Part shown: positions 13,501-25,643 of the stretch, piece by piece
Numbering within the stretch: position 1 is the first letter of the stretch
How the letters are laid out: each line of letters starts with the position of its first letter
The notes under the pieces: generated by a model
What the model saw: only the letters and a program-made list of their open reading frames with translations
The model's database searches: none
Told to the model about the DNA's origin: nothing
From: Ranitomeya imitator
Taxonomy: Eukaryota
Direction of reading: 5' to 3'
Length of the DNA: 64,000 nt
NCBI RefSeq assembly: GCF_032444005.1
Contig: NC_091283.1
Location: 825,406,001-825,470,000, forward strand
Translations under genes and position numbers: made by a program

Positions 13501-14488
13501 GTATTGATGTGCCATGGAGTACAGATGTGTCATGGAGTACCGATGTGCCATGGAGTACAGATGTGCCCTGTAGTATTGATGTGCCATGGAGTATTGATGT
13601 GCCATGGAGTACAGATGTGTCATGGAGTACAGATGTGCCATGGAGTATTGATGTGCCATGGAGTACAGATGTGTCATGGAGTACAGATGTGCCATGGAGT
13701 ATTGATGTGCCATGGAGTACAGATGTGTCATGGAGTACCGATGTGCTATGGAGTACAGATGTGCCCTGTAGTATTGATGTGCCATGGAGTATTGATGTGC
13801 CATGGAGTACAGATGTGTCATGGAGTACAGATGTGCCATGGAGTATTGATGTGCCATGGAGTATTGATGTGCCATGGAGTACAGATGTGTCATGGAGTAC
13901 AGATGTGCCATGGAGTATTGATGTGCCATGGAGTACAGATGTGTCATAGAGTACAGATGTGCCATGGAGTATTGATGTGCCATGGAGTATTGATGTGCCA
14001 TGGAGTACAGATGTGTCATGGAGTACAGATGTGCCATGGAGTATTGATGTGCCATGGAGTATTGATGTGCCATGGAGTATTGATGTGCCATGGAGTACAG
14101 ATGTGCCATGGAGTATTGATGTGCCATGGAGTACAGATGTGCCCTGTAGTATTGATGTGCCATGGAGTATTGATGTGCCATGGAGTACAGATGTGTCATA
14201 GAGTACAGATGTGCCATGGAGTATTGATGTGCCATGGAGTACAGATGTGTCATGGAGTACAGATGTGCCATGGAGTATTGATGTGCCATGGAGTATTGAT
14301 GTGCCATGGAGTACAGATGTGTCATGGAGTACAGATGTGCCATGGAGTATTGATGTGCCATGGAGTATTGATGTGCCATGGAGTACAGATGTGTCATGGA
14401 GTACAGATGTGCCATGGAGTATTGATGTGCCATGGAGTATTGATGTGCCATGGAGTATTGATGTGCCATGGAGTACAGATGTGCCATG
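7524..14488. repeat. 18-bp minisatellite (GATGTGCCATGGAGTACT)n, ~387 units, with a 2142-bp higher-order duplication
   Basis: Unit read directly, with register unbroken for ~7 kb. Rare variants recur exactly 2142 bp apart (10681/12823, 10861/13003, 11171/13313, 11396/13538). Confidence 0.98.
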
Positions 14489-15687
14489 CTCAACTCCACT
14501 TATTAAGAATCTGAATTTCATGTATTCCTAATATATCTGCCTGCATGAGGTCTATGGGTCAAATCTATTTCTAAGTTTTGCTATTAGATAATTGGTTGTA
14601 AGGAGCCTTTTTTCTTTGCGCACATTAATTGCCTGTCGAGATACATTCAGTCATTCTGCAAAAATAAAAATAAAAAAATATTAAAATAAAAAAAAACAAC
14701 CTTTCTTCTAAAAAGAAAAATGTGCCGTAAGAAGCTTATGTTAAATTTATGGTTTACATTCATCATCGGCAGGTATAGAAAACGAAGATCTGCTAAATAA
14801 AACATCATCCCTGCCATCTGCTGGTAATATACAGCATCTTGTTGTTTGCTGCTTCTTATAGACTGATAATTGTATCTCATCGCTTATAAAAGGTGATTGA
14901 TAAGAAATCTTTAGCATATTTAAAACTGGAGTTGTGTGAAGACACATGGATATCACCCAAAAAACATTATTTCCTTTTTTTTTTACACCTTAAAGGGAAC
15001 CTTAAATGAAAAATGCACTAATATATCTAAAGCCGTGAAAAGTACAGATAAATATCAAAGGCAGGGCTGTAATCACGACCACCGATGTTTGATTGATTTC
15101 CAATCAGTGTGTGAATGCACCAAGTGGGCTGTCAGTCAAAAATCAGTGGGTATGATTACAAGTTTCTTAGCTAAATAGGCTCAGCTCTCATGGCCCCTTT
15201 AAGGGATTATCTACTTTGCACAGTCCTTTTTACGTTAGAAGGTAATCCTGATTATAAGAATGATCAGATTCCTAAGTGAGTGACTAACTGTAATCTAAGA
15301 AAGCAGTGGGTAGAATATGTCCCTGCAGCGCCACCACAGGTGAAATTAAGTATTACACAGATCTTTTTGAATGGACTGTCAATATAGTGTAGAAAGCTTC
15401 CAGATCCTGCACAGCAAGAGGCTCTCTGTAACCATTTTCTGCCCTGGATAATAGAGGAGAGGCCAAAATAGCCCCCTCCCCTACTTATTTACCCCATTAG
15501 AGGAGGCCGTATTAGAAAATAGCTGTAGTAACCTTTCGTTGAGTCAAGTGTCCAGTTTTTGCTGTTATTTTGCTCCTCCGAGTATTAGGGTTTTTGCAAG
15601 GGGGCGTGGCTCACGGATCCTCTAGGGCGTGTATTACACCTGCTCTGCATAATTAAACTTTGAACACTTCCCTCTTGTTAAGAACAT

Positions 15688-16480
15688 TGTTGTGACTGAG
15701 CCCTAAAACACTCACGCAGGGTTGAACAAACTAGGGAAGATGTTAAACCTTCACACCTCAGGTTCATATACAGATTATGGAAATCCCTAACGTGACCGTG
15801 ATTTGTCGCTGCCTGACCGTGGAGGTTGGCACCCTGATATTATATAATGGTGCTCTCAGTCAATGTTGGCTGACCCTGAGTGTCCTTAACTGCACCCTCA
15901 AATATACACAGAGTGTAACCCAAAACAACAGCGACAGAACGTAGTGCACACAGACAGAGGGTGAGACACAGGCTAAAGACGTGTTCACTCAGTGATACAA
16001 GAAGAAAAAGAGGAACCCAGAAAGACCTTCAGTATACGTAAAGACCCCCACACCCTGAATTTAACAATGTAACAAAATGGGAAAGGTGCTGAGATGGGAA
16101 CATGCAAACAAACCACAGGAGAAGCAATAGAGAAAAGATAATCCTTGACTGGGGAGCTGGGACTCCAAACATCCATGTAACTTGGAATAAAGCCAGCAAT
16201 GACTGCATGTGCCAGGAGAGTATGAATAACCCCTGCCAAGATGTACTAAGACAAACCAAACAAGTAAGTGAAAACAACAAAGCAAAGACAATAGAATTAT
16301 CAGTAGTTGGACAGAGACAACACAGGCTGTGGTCCAACAGAGAGGGAAACCGACCACACAACCAGAGGTCATCAAATTGTTGAGCCACGACAACCATAAA
16401 AGTTAGCACTTAATAAAAAGGACCATATCTCTGGACCTGTATGGTGGATTTAAAAAGAAACAATAACACAATAGTCACAC
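15688..16480. mobile_element. Possible solo LTR (Gypsy-like), degraded
   Basis: Starts TGTTGTGAC, ends near GTCACA, strong A/C strand skew like the solo LTR at 33971. No TSD found. Confidence 0.35.
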
Positions 16481-17355
16481 GAGCAGCGGGAATAAAATAT
16501 GAGCAAAAACTGTCCACTTTTGACTTAGTGACAGGTCAACTTTAAACTTTATTCAGTGACTACATCACTGGTATTGAAAAGCAATTGTATGATCGAATTA
16601 GGAATCAATGACACTTTTGTGTGAGCTAAAAGCAATATTTCCATCTCAGCAAGTTACCACCTATCCACTGGATACAGGATAATCTTCTGTTTGCTTGGAG
16701 TCCTACTGCTTGGACCCTCATTAATCCCCAAAAATTTGGCTCTAAAATGAGAGTAGTATTTGGACCATTGCGCCTTTCATTTTCACTATTTATGGTACTG
16801 GCAATATCCAAGCTTTTTTTTAGAGACCCTTTCTTTGAATTGGTAGTAGTCCCCTACTGAACTTCTCACCCTGTGGAAAGTGATAACTTGCCAAAATGGA
16901 AATATCCCTTTAAAAGGTATTTTCTGCAATTATTATTTTTTTAATTAAAATGCATGAATTTGGAGCTAGAAATCATTTTGAAAAACTTTGTAACTGTTTC
17001 ACCTGCCTTTTTCTGAACTGCTCTCAGCTGATTTAGGTCCATAGACCACATCAAAGTTTAGTGCACAGTGAATAACAAAGAGCTTGTAAAACCCAAACTA
17101 TGCAAAATATTTAACCAAACCCAATAGCAAAAATGATTGTTAGCCCCAAATGCATACATTTAAGTAAAAAAACAAATATGGTGATCAACTCCTTTAGGCT
17201 ATGTGCACACGATGCGGATTTTGCTGCAGATCTGCAGCTGCGGGTCTGCAGCAGTTTCTTATGAGTTTACAGTACAATGGATACAATATAAAGTGACTAG
17301 CACACTCCAAGGTGTTGTGATGCAAAAAAGTGGGGATTTATTACATACAGTAAAT

Positions 17356-17394
17356 CACAAACGTTTCGGTCGATACTGGACCTTCATCAGTGTG
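17356..17394 (-). ncRNA. Minimal type I hammerhead ribozyme (intact core)
   Basis: Minus strand reads CACA-CUGAUGA-A-GGUC-cagUauc-GACC-GAAAC-GUU-UGUG: stem I CACA/UGUG, stem II GGUC/GACC, palindromic loopless stem III AACGUU. Confidence 0.75.
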
Positions 17395-17698
17395 CTAGGT
17401 ATAATTGTATACTTGTATGGCCCCAAAAACAATAGAATACTCGGATTTGCATCAACTGACGGTGAGTCACAATAATAGGTGGCGCTGAGGCTTAAAAGAG
17501 CTGTCAGTACGCCGGGACACTAGGGATAAATGCGGTATCCACCCCTAATAGAGTTGGATACCGCATTTATCCCTGTCCCGGCGTACTGACAGCTCTTTTA
17601 AGCCTCAGCGCCACCTATTATTGTGACTCACTGTCAGTTGATGCAAATCCGAGTATTCTATTGTTTTTGGGGCCATACAAGTATACAATTATACCTAG

Positions 17699-17737
17699 CA
17701 CACTGATGAATGTCCAGTATCGACCGAAATGTTTGTG
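17699..17737 (+). ncRNA. Hammerhead ribozyme copy with two substitutions (probably impaired)
   Basis: CACA-CUGAUGA-A-UGUC-cagUauc-GACC-GAAAU-GUU-UGUG. The first stem II pair G-C becomes U-C, and the stem III C-G pair becomes U.G. Confidence 0.6.
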
Positions 17738-20700
17738 ATTTACTGTATGTAATAAATCCCCACTTTTTTGCATCACAACACCCTGGAGTGTGCTAGTCAC
17801 TTTATATTGTATACGTTCAGGTTTGGGCACCTATGACTGTGCACCTCCCCTATTTAGGCTGTGCTTAGCATCTTCTATATTACAGTACAATGGAAACCTA
17901 TGGGAAACCGAAAACGCTGTGCACATGCTGTGGGAAAAAATGCTCGGAAATGCAGCGGTTTACATTCCGCAGCATGTCAATTCTTTGTGCGGAATCCGCA
18001 GCGGTTTTACACCTGTTCCATAATAGAAGACCGCAGTAGAATCCGCACAAAAACTATGGTAAATCCGCGGTAAATCCGCAGGAAAAACACGATGTATTTG
18101 CCCTGCGGCTTTATCAAATCCGCTGTGGAAAAATCCGCAGAGGACCATTCTACGTGTGCACATACCCTTACGGAAAGAACACAATTGCAGGCCATACCCA
18201 TAAGGTGGTATGCGCCACCATAAACAAAAGTTTGTTATGTATATTTTTGTTTTGGAGCTCTTATAGACACAATTTAAAAAGATGAAATAAAAAAAAAAAA
18301 AATTGCCTACATTTTATGATTATACCTGAATTTCTAATGCATTATTTTTTTTTTCCGCTGGATCAGCAGAACTGATTAATTGCCTCTATGATACCAGAGG
18401 TTCTCTGCATTTACTAGATTAGTCCTTTCAGTGGAGTTATTCAATCATTTGACCCATGCCCCAATATTCTTTGCTTTCATGATTAAACAGTTCGGCCGCT
18501 ACTGCACTGCAGCAACCTTGACTGCTACGGCCCCTCTCTTACCTGGTAAATATGGCTTTCTGCTATGAATTATCGGCATGTAATATCGCTTTCACGGTCA
18601 GGCAACGTCCTCAGTCGTAGACGTCTACAAGTATCTACAAGTAATGTAAAAACATCATGTTATGATTATTATATACAATGACCCCTATGGACCAAATCCA
18701 AGGGTCTTGCAGCTCAAAATATTTTTTTTTCTTTTTTTTTTTTGTTTCCTTTTTTTGTTTCCTTTCCTTGGATATTCTTAGCACCAAGATTGATTGAAAT
18801 CCTCACACTGGAAACATGTTCTGCTTCCTTCCCTTATTCTATTTTTTTCAACACTAAAGCATTGTAAAAGGAAAGATCTCAGATCTTTGCAGAGTTTTTA
18901 TCTGGCAGTATCTAATTTCTCCTCTATAAAAAAGTGCCATATTGTAAATACCTTATATCTTATATAACAGAAAGAAAATGCTCTTTTTTAACTTTTTTTT
19001 TGCCTTTTTTTATGTATTATTATAGTATTTTTAATCAATTAAAAAAGTGGCAAAAAAAGCCAAAAATGCTAAAAGAGTAAAACAGCTATATAGAATAGTA
19101 AACAATAAAAGACATGTTCCAAACAGCTATATAGAATAGTAAAAAAATAAAAGAAATGTTCCAAGTTGGTAAAAAAAAAGTAATAATAAGATCTAACATT
19201 TCAAAGAGAAATAGCAAATTGTCTATTATAGCAGGAGGAGAAAAAAAAAAGTTTTTGTGTCCAAAACCGTAAGCTCCTAGAGATAGTTGATAGCTAGCAT
19301 TGATCTTGGTCAGTTTATGTGACAATGAATAGAGAAGATTTCATTACGGCAGGGTAGGCTGATTCTTCCCCGCTGAGTGAATACAGGTTTTCATGATCCT
19401 CGTAGACATAAAAACACCCAAAAAAAGTTCATAAAAAAGAGAAAATAACTCTTCAAAAAAAAACCATGTACAGTGTATCGAATGAAGTTGCCTCGTTATT
19501 ATCACATTTTGTAAAGCGCTAAATACTATAATTACCCCTTTGAACCAGCGTAAAGAGTCAATCCATTCCCAAGGTCTGTGCCTACTGAAAGGGTCACACC
19601 GGCTTGAGATAAAGAGTTTCAGCAAAGCCGTACATCGGATTTATTAGAAATACTGCAGTGCAGAGATTAAGAGGACGATATAGATGTTCGTTGAGCAGGG
19701 AGTTCAGCAATTTATCTCTGCCGCGAGAACTGCGGATGCTGGAGACATTTTTTTTTATTAAGGATTAAAGTGCAAGCCTCCGGTGTCAACTTTTTGGAGT
19801 TTTTAGTAAACATCATCAAGTTGTTTAAAAGTATTATTATTTTTTTTATAAATATACAGCGCCTGCTATATACGTAAAATAGATTGTATTTTACTTCTAA
19901 AAGTCTTAGGGGAATGGAAACTTTAGCAAGCGGTGTGCATAGGCGGTATGTCTTCATTGACAAGCATCGCTAATTGATCTCTGTTGATAGATACTTACAT
20001 GCAACATTTATAGAGCGTTCAAGGTTTAGGTCTATAAAGGGATTTAAGCAACTCTCTCCGCTCTTGATAGAAGATTGAATGGAGTGGGGATTTTTGATCA
20101 TGATTGATTTTTTCTGAGTGTTGAAAAACATCTCAAATGAGGAAGAACCACAGGTTTTTCGCCAATTATAAGCTGGTGGTGCGATTATACTGCGCCATCT
20201 CATCCCAACAAGACTAATCCCACTGATTGCCTTCCCGGGGTTGAGCTCAGCACACCGATGCTATCTCCCAGGTTGTCTCAAGGCCAACATGATCCTCATA
20301 GCTTCAGTAGACTCTCCCGCCAGACTCAACCACACCCCGATTAGGGATGTTCTTGGCCTACACCGCTGCAGCTTTACTCTCAACAGTTCACATGCAATCC
20401 TCCTGCCTTTGATATTATCCTACCTAACTCACAGACAGAGTTCTTACCATCTGCTCCCTTGATGGCTTGGTCTACCTCAGGAGTACAGCAGCACCTCTTC
20501 CCACCTCTGTCCACCTTCACAGAGGTTTAAGCCTTGCAGTCTTTAAGGGGAATTTGACAGCTGGATCAACATCTGCATTGGTCTTTTGAGGCTGATACAG
20601 GCAACCCCTTTGTGTGGGGAAAGTTTACAGTATATAGTGACATTTTTTCAAACGTCTTTGGCTGCATGTTCAAAGGACCTTGACTAGTCGAAAAGGCGAA

Positions 20701-22863
20701 CACTATGGTTGAACTAGTCTTGCCCCTTCTGCTGATAGAACGCCTACTGAGACATGACTGATATCCCTGATCCGGGCTCACTCTTACCTTCCAGAACTTG
20801 GCATCCTGTGGCTTCTAATAAATGCTGCCACTTTGGGCATGAGTAGTGGACTTCTAACTAAATATCAGAGGCTTTAGGTCACACTGCACGAGCCAGAAGT
20901 TGCAACATTCACAAGCAGCCATAGGATGCAAAGTATGACTATATACTGTAAACTATGTCCAAACAATGAGATTTCCTTAAAAGACAGATGCAGCCATACA
21001 ATTGGTCTATAGGTGTTGATCCAGCTGTCAGGTTCCCTTCTTTATACACCATTCTTCTCACAAGTGGAATAGACCCCATACCCAATGGTCACACAGGTCT
21101 GAATTCCTAAACATAAATGGTCTCTTCTTATTGGGGTCAAATTCCCCTTTTCATCTCAACTACTGATTCCCTAATAATAGCGGCATTATGAAGCTCTTAA
21201 GCACCACTACACAAAACCTTCCCATGAGGACTAGGAACTGCTCCTACAAAGGCCACCCATCAGCTGCCTGGCAATAGTTTGGTGGTGCAGCCCATCGCCA
21301 CCACCATGCACAACCTTTCCAATAGGAACAGTCATCTTCTGAGCCAACTAACCATCTTTATTTCTGTTCTGTCTTCTTACACGTTCTCTGACATAAAGCA
21401 TAAACCTTCTGTCTTCCAACATATGCAAACTGTTCTATGTAGTCTAATTTGTTTATTAATCAACAGGTTGATGTATATTAGTTGAAATGTATGAATGTGG
21501 TAAAACTGCAAGAATACAAATAACATGTAGAAGTATTGAGCTAAGAATATCACAAAACTATGACTCTTACGATTAGCAGTGAAAGAATAAAGCTATATGG
21601 GGATTGTACATGTGAACATATGACTTAGTAACAATCACCATCTGCCTTAACAACAGTTCTGAATACACAATACCACAGAACAGAGATAGTTGCCTTACAA
21701 CATATGCTTTATCCAGAATAATGGAGTTTTAGTAACATAATGCAGGATAAAGTTTTATACAACTATTTTGCTAGACAGCTTCTTTCAAAATGTCTGCTTC
21801 ACCAGGACCTTCTTAACCAAAATGCATTGGTTTTTCCCACAATGCAACTAACAGTTTTACGGAAAAACAACTTGGAACATCACCAGGTGCTATTATCACA
21901 TTACACATCACTAACAGAGTATTTCAGCTTATTAAAGTGACAACAGTAATTTTAACCTCGCCTTTTGCATAATAAGCAGAACAATTTTTTTATCCTCAGT
22001 GTCTGACAGAGCATGGAGAGTCTCCAACCGGATGACCTGAAAAACAAGAACTTCCAAAACAATACATATACTGCCAATATGAGACGCACCAGTTTGTACT
22101 AGAATTTTACAGTAAAACTCTTTTAAATGTCACTCAGTATTTGCGCAAGCAATTAAACCAATTTATTAAGAAGTGGTCAGAGTTTAACAAATTCATAAAA
22201 ATTTATGCCACAAAATGGCTAAAATTTTGGCAGAAATTTCTAGTGAGGATGCACCAGCTTTATTAAGAGGTGCACATTTTTTTATGAATTTGGGGGATCC
22301 TACCTCAAGTCACCATTTATCAAGACTTGCGTGCAAAATGTGAATCTTGATAAATCTAGGCCATATGTCTAGAAACCAAGATCATAAATGGAACCACAGA
22401 ACCGGAAGTTGAAGGATGATGACCACTCTTATTCCCGAGGGGCTTTTGCAGTCGGTAAACTCTAAGGCTCATTATTCCAATGCATCAATATTTTTTCTGT
22501 CCAGTGACTACCAATTAAACACTTCCCTGATGATATCTGTAGATCCATTAGGCCCAAATTCCATTAAAGTTCCTAAAGTGGCGCAATGTTTTACGCTTCA
22601 AAGTAAAACAAGAAAAATACAGAATGAGAAGTGTCCAAAAAGAACCACAAACCAGTTCTGCATTTCATAAGTGTCTGAGTAGTAAAATCCTGGAGCGGAT
22701 TTCGTGGTGGGACAATCATGCTCACATCTGGCACTGAGCTCCGCGCTAATGAAGTTATTAGAGTAGTTAATTAATTACATATGGTAGCTCTGCTTTCCTG
22801 CTTGGTTTCATTACATTCGGAATGACAATCTTATTTTTCAGTGTTTGGACGCTCGGTAGTTTA

Positions 22864-24468
22864 CAGTGGGGCAAAAAAGTATTTAGTCAGTCAGCAATAG
22901 TGCAGGTTCCACCACTTAAAAAGATGAGAGGCGTCTGTAATTTACATCATTGGTAGACCTCAACTATGGGAGACAAACTGAGAAAAAAAAATCCAGAAAA
23001 TCACATTGTCTGTTTTTTAACATTTTATTTGCATATTATGGTGGAAAATAAGTATTTGGTCAGAAACAAAATTTCATCTCAATACTTTGTAATATATCCT
23101 TTGTTGGCAATGACAGAGGTCAAACGTTTTCTGTAAGTCTTCACAAGGTTGCCACACACTGTTGTTGGTATGTTGGCCCATTCCTCCATGCAGATCTCCT
23201 CTAGAGCAGTGATGTTTTTGGCTTTTCGCTTGGCAACACGGACTTTCAACTCCCTCCAAAGGTTTTCTATAGGGTTGAGATCTGGAGACTGGCTAGGCCA
23301 CTCCAGGACCTTGAAATGCTTCTTACGAAGCCACTTCTTCGTTGCCCTGGCAGTGTGCTTTGGATCATTGTCATGTTGAAAGACCCAGCCACGTTTCATC
23401 TTCAATGCCCTTGCTGATGGAAGGAGGTTTGCACTCAAAATCTCACGATACATGGCCCCATTCATTCTTTCATGTACCCGGATCAGTCATCCTGGCCCCT
23501 TTGCAGAGAAACAGCCCCAAAGCATGATGTTTCCACCACCATGCTTTACAGTAGGTATGGTGTTTGATGGATGCAACTCAGTATTCTTTTTCCTCCAAAC
23601 ACGACAAGTTGTGTTTCTACCAAACAGTTCCAGTTTGGTTTCATCAGACCATAGGACATTCTCCCAAAACTCCTCTGGATCATCCAAATGCTCTCTAGCA
23701 AACTTCAGACGGGCCCAGACATGTACTGACTTAAGCAGTGGGACACGTCTGGCACTGCAGGATCTGAGTCCATGGTGGCATAGTGTGTTACTTATGGTAG
23801 GCCTTGTTACATTGGTCCCAGCTCTCTGCAGTTCATTCACTAGGTCCCCCCGCGTGGTTCTGGGATTTTTGCTCACCGTTCTTGTGATCATTCTGACCCC
23901 ACGGGGTGGGATTATGTGTGGAGCCCCAGATCGAGGGAGATTATCAGTGGTCTTGTATGTCTTCCATTTTCTAATTATTGCTCCCACTGTTGATTTCTTC
24001 ACTCCAAGCTGGTTGGCTATTGCAGATTCAGTCTTCCCAGCCTGGTGCAGGGCTACAATTTTGTTTCTGGTGTCCTTTGACAGCTCTTTGGTCTTCACCA
24101 TAGTGGAGTTTGGAGTCAGACTGTTTGAGGGTGTGCACAGGTGTCTTTTTATACTGATAACAAGTTTAAACAGGTGCCATTACTACAGGTAATGAGTGGA
24201 GGAAAGAGGAGACTCTTAAAGAAGAAGTTACAGGTCTGTGAGAGCCAGAAATCTTGATTGTTTGTTTCTGACCAAATACTTATTTTCCACCATAATATGC
24301 AAATAAAATGTTAAAAAAACAGACAATGTGATTTTCTGGATTTTTTTTTCTCAGTTTGTCTCCCATAGTTGAGGTCTACCTATGATGTAAATTACAGACG
24401 CCTCTCATCTTTTTAAGTGGTGGAACTTGCACTATTGCTGACTGACTAAATACTTTTTTGCCCCACTG
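22864..24468 (-). mobile_element. Full-length Tc1 transposon (DD34E) with ~207-bp TIRs, 1605 bp
   Basis: TA-CAGTGGGGCAAAAAAGTATTTAGTCAG...CTGACTAAATACTTTTTTGCCCCACTG-TA. I see about 2 mismatches between the TIRs. Confidence 0.97.
23079..24101 (-). pseudogene. Tc1 transposase, 340 codons, one in-frame TGA
   Basis: ORFs 23487..24101 and 23079..23465 are in the same frame, joined by G*LIRVHER. Motifs [14 protein letters not shown] and PDLNPIE give 34 residues between D and E. Confidence 0.95.
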
Positions 24469-24803
24469 TATATCACAAACACAGCAAAACTATCGCACAA
24501 TAATGGACAACACGACTTGCGCCACATTTGATGTATTTTAGAAACTCTTGATGCCAACCTCAACATTTTTTGAGACCTCGTATCAGCTGACTTTTTCCAG
24601 ACCGGTAGATGTCTCCTAATTTTTGCGATACCATCTTTTGACTTTTAGACTATTTTCACACAAATCTGCAATTACCAACCAAGAGGAATGGACACATATT
24701 GTTCTCAGGTGTCGTCCTAGTTGGATCCTTTCTTGATCATCCTCCTTTTTTTTTTGTCACTGAAGCTGGTAGACTGAACTTTGTTTTACCCATTGACTCT
24801 TAA

Positions 24804-25284
24804 AGGGAACCTGTCACGTGAATTTGGCAGGTCCTTTTTTGGGTCATATGGGCGGTGTTTTCGGGTCTTTTATTAACCCCTTTTTTTCCCAAATTGACTT
24901 GCTGTTGATTCGCTTTCCTCCCTAGTTAACGCGTGTGCAAAGCAATCTTGCCTTGCGCACACGCAGTATGCTTTGCACAACTGCGAGCAAAGCCGCAAAC
25001 CATTAGTGCGCATGCGCCGGCGCACTATGTCCCGGAACACAGCAAAATACTTCCGGGACATAGTGCGCCGACGCATGCGCAATAATGGTCTCCGGCTTTG
25101 CCCGCAGTTGGGCAAAGCATACTGCTTTGCGCACGCGTTAACTAGGGAGGAAAGCGAATCAACAGCAAGTCAATTTCACAACCAGCGTGCGGCCAGCGGG
25201 AAAAAAAGGGGTTAATAAAAGACCCGAAAACACCGCCCATATGACCCAAAAATGGACCCGCCAAATTCAGGTGACAGGTTCCCT
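24804..25284. mobile_element. Foldback MITE, TTAA-target (Kolobok/T2 type)
   Basis: TTAA-AGGGAACCTGTCAC...GTGACAGGTTCCCT-TTAA. Near-perfect palindrome, which explains the mirror ORFs 24873..25115 and 24973..25215. Confidence 0.92.
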
Positions 25285-25377
25285 TTAATAATGTATCAGT
25301 TAAAACTGGATGATCATTTGTGGAAAATCTGCTGCGTTTTACAGTGCAACAGAAATCTATAAAAAAATATCCACAAA

Positions 25378-25643
25378 AGGATTCTCCGGTCAGGATTTTT
25401 TTGGTGACTGCAAGTATGTGATTTGCATGCATTTGGTCACATGCCGACTAGACGTGCATGGCATCTCTCAATGCAAACTGGGCACGTCTAGTCGGAATGT
25501 GGCCCGGAGTGTGCAAATTGCAGTCACATAAGTGCCTGTTACCGACTCTGGCACTGGAGAATCTACACAAGGCTGTGAAGATTCACAAGTCTGCAGTCAC
25601 ATAGAGCAACTGCAGACTTGCACTCCAAGCCTGGACAACCCCT
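25378..25643. mobile_element. Degraded T2-type foldback MITE
   Basis: Right end GGACAACCCCT-TTAA. Central hairpin CACATGCCGACTAGACGTGC...GCACGTCTAGTCGGAATGTG. Left end eroded. Confidence 0.65.

Larger units (their letters stand above)
17281..17879. mobile_element. Penelope-like (PLE) inverted pseudo-LTR insertion: ~260-bp arm palindrome plus 67-bp tail
   Basis: Arms 17281-17541 and 17555-17812 around a 13-nt loop. 14-bp duplication TTACAGTACAATGG at 17267-17280 and 17880-17893. Each arm contains a hammerhead motif, a known hallmark of PLE pseudo-LTRs. Confidence 0.8.
17197..18167. mobile_element. PIF/Harbinger-type MITE interrupted by a 599-bp Penelope-like insert
   Basis: TIR GGCTATGTGCACACG / CGTGTGCACATACCC, 3-bp TSD TTA on both sides, internal TCCGCA/TGCGGA repeats. 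Confidence 0.85.

Noticed and set aside
7475-14521. 2348-aa and 2336-aa ORFs as real proteins
   Set aside because: Pure translation of an 18-bp unit. Those frames have few single-step routes to a stop codon, so openness needs no selection. No domain or splice context.
18500-18554. 55-nt AG/GT-bounded segment (FGRYCTAATLTATAPLLP)
   Set aside because: Not a multiple of three, wrong phase for this intron and no recognisable homology.
20220-21300. Possible decayed retroelement ORF
   Set aside because: No convincing RT, endonuclease or integrase motif in any frame by eye.
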